From: Azolla caroliniana
Lineage: Eukaryota; Plantae; Polypodiophyta
Reading direction: 5' to 3'
Assembly (NCBI GenBank): GCA_043228905.1
Contig: JBHGNT010000013.1
Span: 3,720,001 to 3,784,000, forward strand
Length of the DNA stretch: 64,000 bases
In this document: positions 60,817-64,000 of the stretch, piece after piece
Layout: the number at the start of each line of letters is the position of its first letter
Numbering within the stretch: position 1 is the stretch's first letter
Program-made: the position numbers and the translations under genes
The notes under the pieces: generated by a model
Told to the model about the DNA's origin: nothing
What the model saw: the letters and a program-made list of their open reading frames with translations, nothing else
Databases searched by the model: none

Positions 60817-63800
60817 TGATGCGAAAGATATATGTATTATATGACGGAAGATATACAACAGTAGTTAGAAGGCTTAAGACTGGCGTTGAACCGATTTGGT
60901 TCGAACTAATGCCTTGCGCCTCCTTTTATAGTGTCTTCAGGAATACTCCTGAAGTTTCTAGAATGTTCCAGAGAAATCTGGAATATACATCAATTTCCTA
61001 ATAAAACCTAAATGAAAATAATATCCTTCAAATTACAACTCATAACCTAATGGTAAAGTCTCGACCCGTGTAACAAAAGGTTATGGGTTCGAGTCTAGTT
61101 ATGACACTGGGTGTTAGTCTACGACAGCAGCCTCGACAACCAGCACCGAGCGACACGGAAGTTCGCAAGAAGGTGGTTCGGGCCTTACGTGGTACAAAGC
61201 GCCAACGACAACGGAACGTACCATCTGGCGGAACTCGACGGTACGAGAATGGCGATACCGGTAGCTAGGAAGCGGATCAAAGCGTTCAAGAAGCGTCACG
61301 ACGACGAGCCGGATCCGGTTGACCTGGACCGCGACGATGAACGATCCGAAACCGTGGAAGAACCGACGGGCGGGGAATGAAGGCTGGACCGGTTTTCTCC
61401 GTCCCAACCCAATTTGGCGCATGCCGGTGGATGTGCGGTTAGGTGGGGGTGGATGTCATGAAGAAAACCGTCCACAAGTGGAATCGGTGCGCCGGAGCGT
61501 AGGAACCGGCTCTTCTTACACGTTGTACATAGGAGAGAATGTTGTACATAGAAGATCCTAGGTAGGTAGATTTGGTAGGTAGGGAGTTAATAGGAAACGG
61601 CTCCCTTTTTGCCTATAAGAGGAGGGAGACGAGGAGGAGAAAGGGATCGCGGAGAGTCGAGGACGAAGTGCTATCGGTTCGTGGGAAAAGGCTTCTCTCT
61701 CTCTCTCTCTCTCTGGTTCGCAAACGCCATAGCTTCCTTCTGTGCAGGTTTCGGGAGGCTCGCGCTGCTCTGAGGAATGCCCGAGTGCTTCCGGCAGCAC
61801 CTCCAACCTACTCCTTCCTTTCTGTGCGTTTACGAACAGGTATCGGCATCTGTTCGCCGGCCTGTTCAGTTGTAACTGACTCCATGTTGTGTTGTTTGTC
61901 TTTGTTAATACATCCATACGTTTGTGTCTCCCTGTGTCGCTGTCGCACTCGCGTCTTTGTGTCGAAGGGCCGTGTCCATGTGAATCTACGCTCGCACCTA
62001 GTGGGTCTCTTCCCTTCTCCTTTTTCTCTCTTGCTCTTCGGTACAAGACCCCCGAGGTCCCGCCTCATTCCACGCATCCGCGAGGAATACCTCGACAACG
62101 CGTGAGGAAGTGGGCCCACCGAGCTTGACGTTGATTTAACACACGAGCATCCTGAAAGTAGGCAAGGTTTTTGTGGTCACTGAATACGGTGACTTGATGA
62201 GAGGATCCCTCTAGAAAATGCCTCCATTGCGTAAAAGAGTCCACTATTGCCAATAGCTCCTTATCATGAATTTCATAGTTGATTTCGGTGGCGTCAAACT
62301 TGCATGATGAAAAGCCACAGGATGTAGCTTCTCATCATTCCGCTGTTGTGATAGAATGCTCCCCAATGCGAAATCCGATGCGTCTGCTTCGATAATGAAT
62401 GGTTTTTCTGGATCGACATGAGCTAGAATTGGAGCCGATGTAAATGCCTTTTTAAGACTCTTGAAAGCCATGTCCGCTTCTTTAGACCAAACGAACGATT
62501 GTTCCTTCCCGGTAAGCTGTGTGAGAGGCAGAACGAGCTTTGAGTAATCCTGTATGAACTTCCAGTAAAAATTGGCAAAGCCTAAGAAGCATTGCACATC
62601 TCACACCAAACGCGGAGTCTGCCACTCTACCACAGTTTTGACCTTAGCTGGGTCCATGGAGATGCCTTCCGAGGAAATGACATAGCCTAGAAATTCCACC
62701 TGGTTGCAGTCAAAACTACATTTTTCCATTTTTGCATAAAGACCATGTTCTTGAAGTTGTTTTAGTACTAACAGTACATGAGAATCATGCTCTTCTTGGG
62801 TCTTCAAATAAACCAGTAGATCATCCAAATAGATGATCAAACAAACATCCAAGAGATCTCGAAATATATCATTTGCCATGTGCTAGAAGACTGTTGGCGC
62901 ATTAGTGAGGCCAAACGGCATGACTGTATACTCGAACTGCCCATATCTGGTGCGAAACGCGGTCTTCCATTCATCTCCTGGTCGGATCTGTACGAGGTTA
63001 TAGGCCCCCCCGTAAGTCGATCTTCGTGAAGAACTTGGCACCATTGATCCATTCTAAAAGTCTTGAGATAAGGGGAAGTGCATACCTATTTCTGATTGTC
63101 ACCTTATTCAAGCCACGGTAATCTACAACGAGACGAAGTGATCCATCCTTTTTCTTGACGAAGAAAATGGGTGCGCCGGCTGGAGATTTCGAATGCCTAA
63201 TGAAACCAGTTTCCAAATTCTCCTCTATATAGGTTCGCAGGACTTCCAGTTCGGTTGGTGACAAATTGTAGATCGGTCCCCATGGTGGCTCTTTCCCCGG
63301 TTGTAAATCGATGGGGCAATCATACGGTCGATGGTGAGGAAGCGTATTGGCTTGTACTTTATCGAACACATCGGCATAATGATGATACTTCTTTGGAAGT
63401 TGACCGGTGGACTCCTCTTTAATGGTGTCTAAGGTCTTTACTGATATTGCAAAGATTCCTTGCGTCCTTCTTCCCACAACTGATGTAGCGAAATGGTTGC
63501 AATCTCATGAGTAGACCCTCGGGCTTTTCGATACCGGATTTCTCTTGTTCTCCAATCTATGTCTAGGTTTTGTAATTCGAGCCATGGTACTCCTAAAACA
63601 ATGGGGTGTTCTGGGATGCCAATTATATTAAATGATACTACACATGCTAGATTATCTAGGACAATATTAACGGGCTCTGACTATTCTATGATATTTCCGG
63701 AAGCAATGGGACAACCATCAATGACTACTACAGAGGCTGGACACGGGAGTTTTCTGAGTGATATTTGATGAGCTTGGGCAAAGTTCCTATCCATGAAGCA

Positions 63801-64000
63801 AGAATTAGCTCCGGAATCTAGAAGTGCTAAGATATGTACTGGAGGGGTACTATTAGTACTAACTGTTACTTGGGCTACGAACACATTGCTAACTTGCTTA
63901 GAGGGAATGGAACCACTAATGGGCTGCACAGATCTAGGGTTGTCCAACCAAACGGCTCCTATTTTGGCTGGACGTAGTCGTTTAACTCTTCTTCTAACTG

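Larger units (their letters stand above)
55329..61106 (-). mobile_element. Intact, very young Tcn1-like chromoviral Gypsy retrotransposon
   Basis: LTRs 60634-61106 and 55329-55797 appear identical apart from (GA)21 vs (GA)19; 5-bp TSD CTGGG; PPT 55798-55812; uninterrupted gag and pol. Confidence 0.97.
52094..61380 (+). pseudogene. RT-RNaseH-integrase (pol) of Trp-PBS Gypsy, -1 frame; one stop and one insertion
   Basis: ORFs 52238-53875 and 53993-55363 are in the same frame, separated by a TGA. Integrase resumes at 61111-61380 (LVYDSS...WFGPY). Confidence 0.85.
49293..62097 (+). mobile_element. GC-rich non-chromoviral Gypsy, tRNA-Trp PBS, copy 2
   Basis: LTRs 49293-49932 and 61454-62097 (about 12 substitutions plus a CT-repeat length change); PBS 49937-49954; PPT 61441-61453; 4-bp TSD ACGC; integrase split by the 55329-61106 insertion. 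Confidence 0.96.
47173..64000 (-). mobile_element. Tcn1-like chromoviral Gypsy (decayed; runs off the window), host of nested insertions
   Basis: 3' LTR 47173-47599; PPT ~47600-47612; IN/chromodomain 47610-49292; RNase H/RT/PR 62098-63950. The reading frame is continuous across the 49293-62097 insertion. Confidence 0.93.

Overview
Repeat-dense eukaryotic DNA, most likely from a seed-free land plant such as a fern, lycophyte or moss. This is inferred from a plant-type tRNA-Trp primer site, Tcn1-like chromoviruses, an RTEX-like LINE and short GT-AG introns. No intact host gene is evident. Most of the window is nested retrotransposons: three copies of a self-priming chromoviral Gypsy family (one intact and very young, 55329-61106), two copies of a GC-rich tRNA-Trp-primed Gypsy family with 4-bp TSDs and a gag-PR/-1/RT layout, two tRNA-iMet chromoviruses, Copia elements, solo LTRs and a LINE with a (CT)n tail. 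The most interesting feature is at the left end (116-4290). A five-exon, decayed gene encodes a ParB/Srx-like domain fused to a prokaryote-type beta-class amino-DNA methyltransferase (N6A/N4C; DIPY ... NPYQKP ... LDLFxxxxTT). It lies just downstream of an array of ten 25-bp palindromes spaced about 51 bp apart. All family assignments rest on motif recognition by eye, not on database searches.
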